DNA from: Adineta vaga
Taxonomy: Eukaryota > Animalia > Rotifera
Assembly: GCA_021613535.1 (NCBI GenBank)
Contig: CP075493.1
Location: forward strand, 3,968,001-4,032,000
Reading direction: 5' to 3'
DNA length: 64,000 nt
Below are positions 62,544-64,000 of this stretch, piece by piece. The position numbers and the translations under genes were made by a program. The notes below the pieces were generated by a model, which saw nothing but the letters and a program-made list of their open reading frames with translations, did no database searches and had not been told where the DNA came from. The stretch's first letter is position 1, and every line of letters starts with the position of its first letter.

Positions 62544-63616
62544 ATGATGACAACATTAACTACACCATGTACAATATGTGCTAATAAAAGTATTGGAATC
62601 TTTAAATGTGAAGGATGTACAAAAGTATTCTGTCGCAAACATGTCAATGAACATCGTGATGATCTTCGTCAACAATTAGATGAAATCATTCATGAACATG
62701 ATCAACTTCATCAATTAATTAATCAAACAGAAAATGAATATCATTCATTATTCGATCAAATCACTCAATGGAAAGAAAAAGCTATTGAAAAAATTCATCA
62801 AGTTACTGAAAAAATTCGTGCTGATATTATTGAACAGATCCAAGCACAAAAAGGTAATAAGCATTTATTCGATTAGAATTTATGTAACCTTTTTGAACTT
62901 TTCTTTTAGAAAGCAATTTACAAACATTAAAATATCTTTCTCGACGTCTTCGAAAAGCTTGTGAAGATGATGATTATATAGAAAATGATCTTCATACTTG
63001 GACAACAACATTACAAGATTTAAAAAGAGATTTACCAACAAATAATTCCTCATTGACTCTTAATGAAGATTCCAATGTAACTTTGATTTCAAACATCAAT
63101 CTCATTTCGACGAAACATCTTACATTTTCAAATGAATATTTTTTACGTTTCATAGGTGATATTGATATCGAAGATAATGGTCTTGTTGCTATTCATGATA
63201 TTCGTAAAAGTAGTGATGCATTTGTATATGGTAAACAATCATATCATCAAGGAAAACATACGATACGTTTTCTCATTACAAAAACAAATGCGAACTATAT
63301 AACAACATTTGGTATTGCATCCGTACAAGCTCAATTATGTGTTTATGGTTGGAATAGTGATGATCAAATAGTTGGCCGTCATCATTCTCATTCAGAATAT
63401 TTATATAATCAATATGACATGAAAGGAGAGACAATTCTAGAAATTGAATTATATATTGATTGTGAACAGAGAAAACTTTCGTATTTAAATCAACGAACAC
63501 AATGTGTAAAAGAAATTCATGTTGATTTAAATTTATGTCCATTTCCATGGCAATTGTACTTCTATTTGTATGATATTGGCGATCGTGTACGTTTGTTAAC
63601 GTCTAATCGAATATAG
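62544..63616 (+). CDS. RING-less TRIM-like B-box + coiled coil + SPRY-like protein, 2 exons
   Basis: CTIC..GIFKCEGCTKVFCRKHVNEHR; phase-1 intron at ~62854-62909, the same position as in its paralogues; LCPFPWQLYFYL. Confidence 0.82.
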
Positions 63617-63879
63617 ACAGACTTCTTTTTACAATTTATACGAAATAAACAAATAACTAGTTAAGATATTAGCGAGTAAATTCTTATAAGAATAATCTTT
63701 TCATACTAGTTATCTCGATTCATAGACTTGTAATTAATTATTTTTAATTTCCGATATATTTCGTAACGGTACAGGCAGATGTTTATCAATAGAACCGATG
63801 TATATATATATATAAGTGCTCGCTAGATTATTTTCATAAAATTTTCGAACTGTATCAAATGAACTCATGAGAAAATGGC

Positions 63880-64000
63880 ATGATTGCATTATTATATGAT
63901 ATTTTAATAAATCTCAATAGTTATTTTGGTGTATTTTGTTTTACTGGTAATATACTAAATATTCTTGTTCTGTATTAACGAAATCTTCTTTATAATTCTT
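63880..64000 (+). pseudogene. 5' fragment of a GPCR (TM1) with an in-frame stop, running off the window
   Basis: MIALLYDILINLNSYFGVFCFTGNILNILVLY*RNLLYNS resembles GNLLNIFILTQRSLRS of the 50139 GPCR. TAA at 63976-63978. Confidence 0.55.

Overview
This is AT-rich, gene-dense eukaryotic DNA with many short (~50-70 nt) GT-AG introns. Metazoan housekeeping genes (beta-tubulin, calcineurin B, HACD, FRRS1-like, F-box/LRR, ETS, TAX1BP1/NDP52-like, initiator tRNA-Met) are interleaved with fungal- or bacterial-type genes: a JEN1 carboxylate transporter, a YbaY/YscW domain, an Egt2/isopenicillin-epimerase-like PLP lyase and a MAO-N-like amine oxidase. Lineage-expanded families include rhodopsin GPCRs, R-S-E ADP-ribosyltransferases, RNI-like LRRs, RING-less B-box/SPRY proteins, TRAFs and pseudo-receiver domains. 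This mix points to a bdelloid rotifer (inference, not proven). The most notable theme is a modular, innate-immune-like toolkit with unusual fusions: pseudo-receiver-RING-MATH TRAF, ART-LRR with an ART-less LRR paralogue, B-box-coiled-coil-Ubl (Ubl exons missed by the ORF track), a B-box/SPRY cluster with a mosaic pseudogene, and a zf-3CxxC gene packed against two orphan receptors. Non-coding highlights are a ~430-bp MITE-like foldback, a perfect 29-bp hairpin, recurrent kappaB-like and CRE-like promoter motifs, and a variant initiator tRNA. Four single-base frameshifts may be assembly errors. All family assignments are by visual motif recognition; no searches were run.
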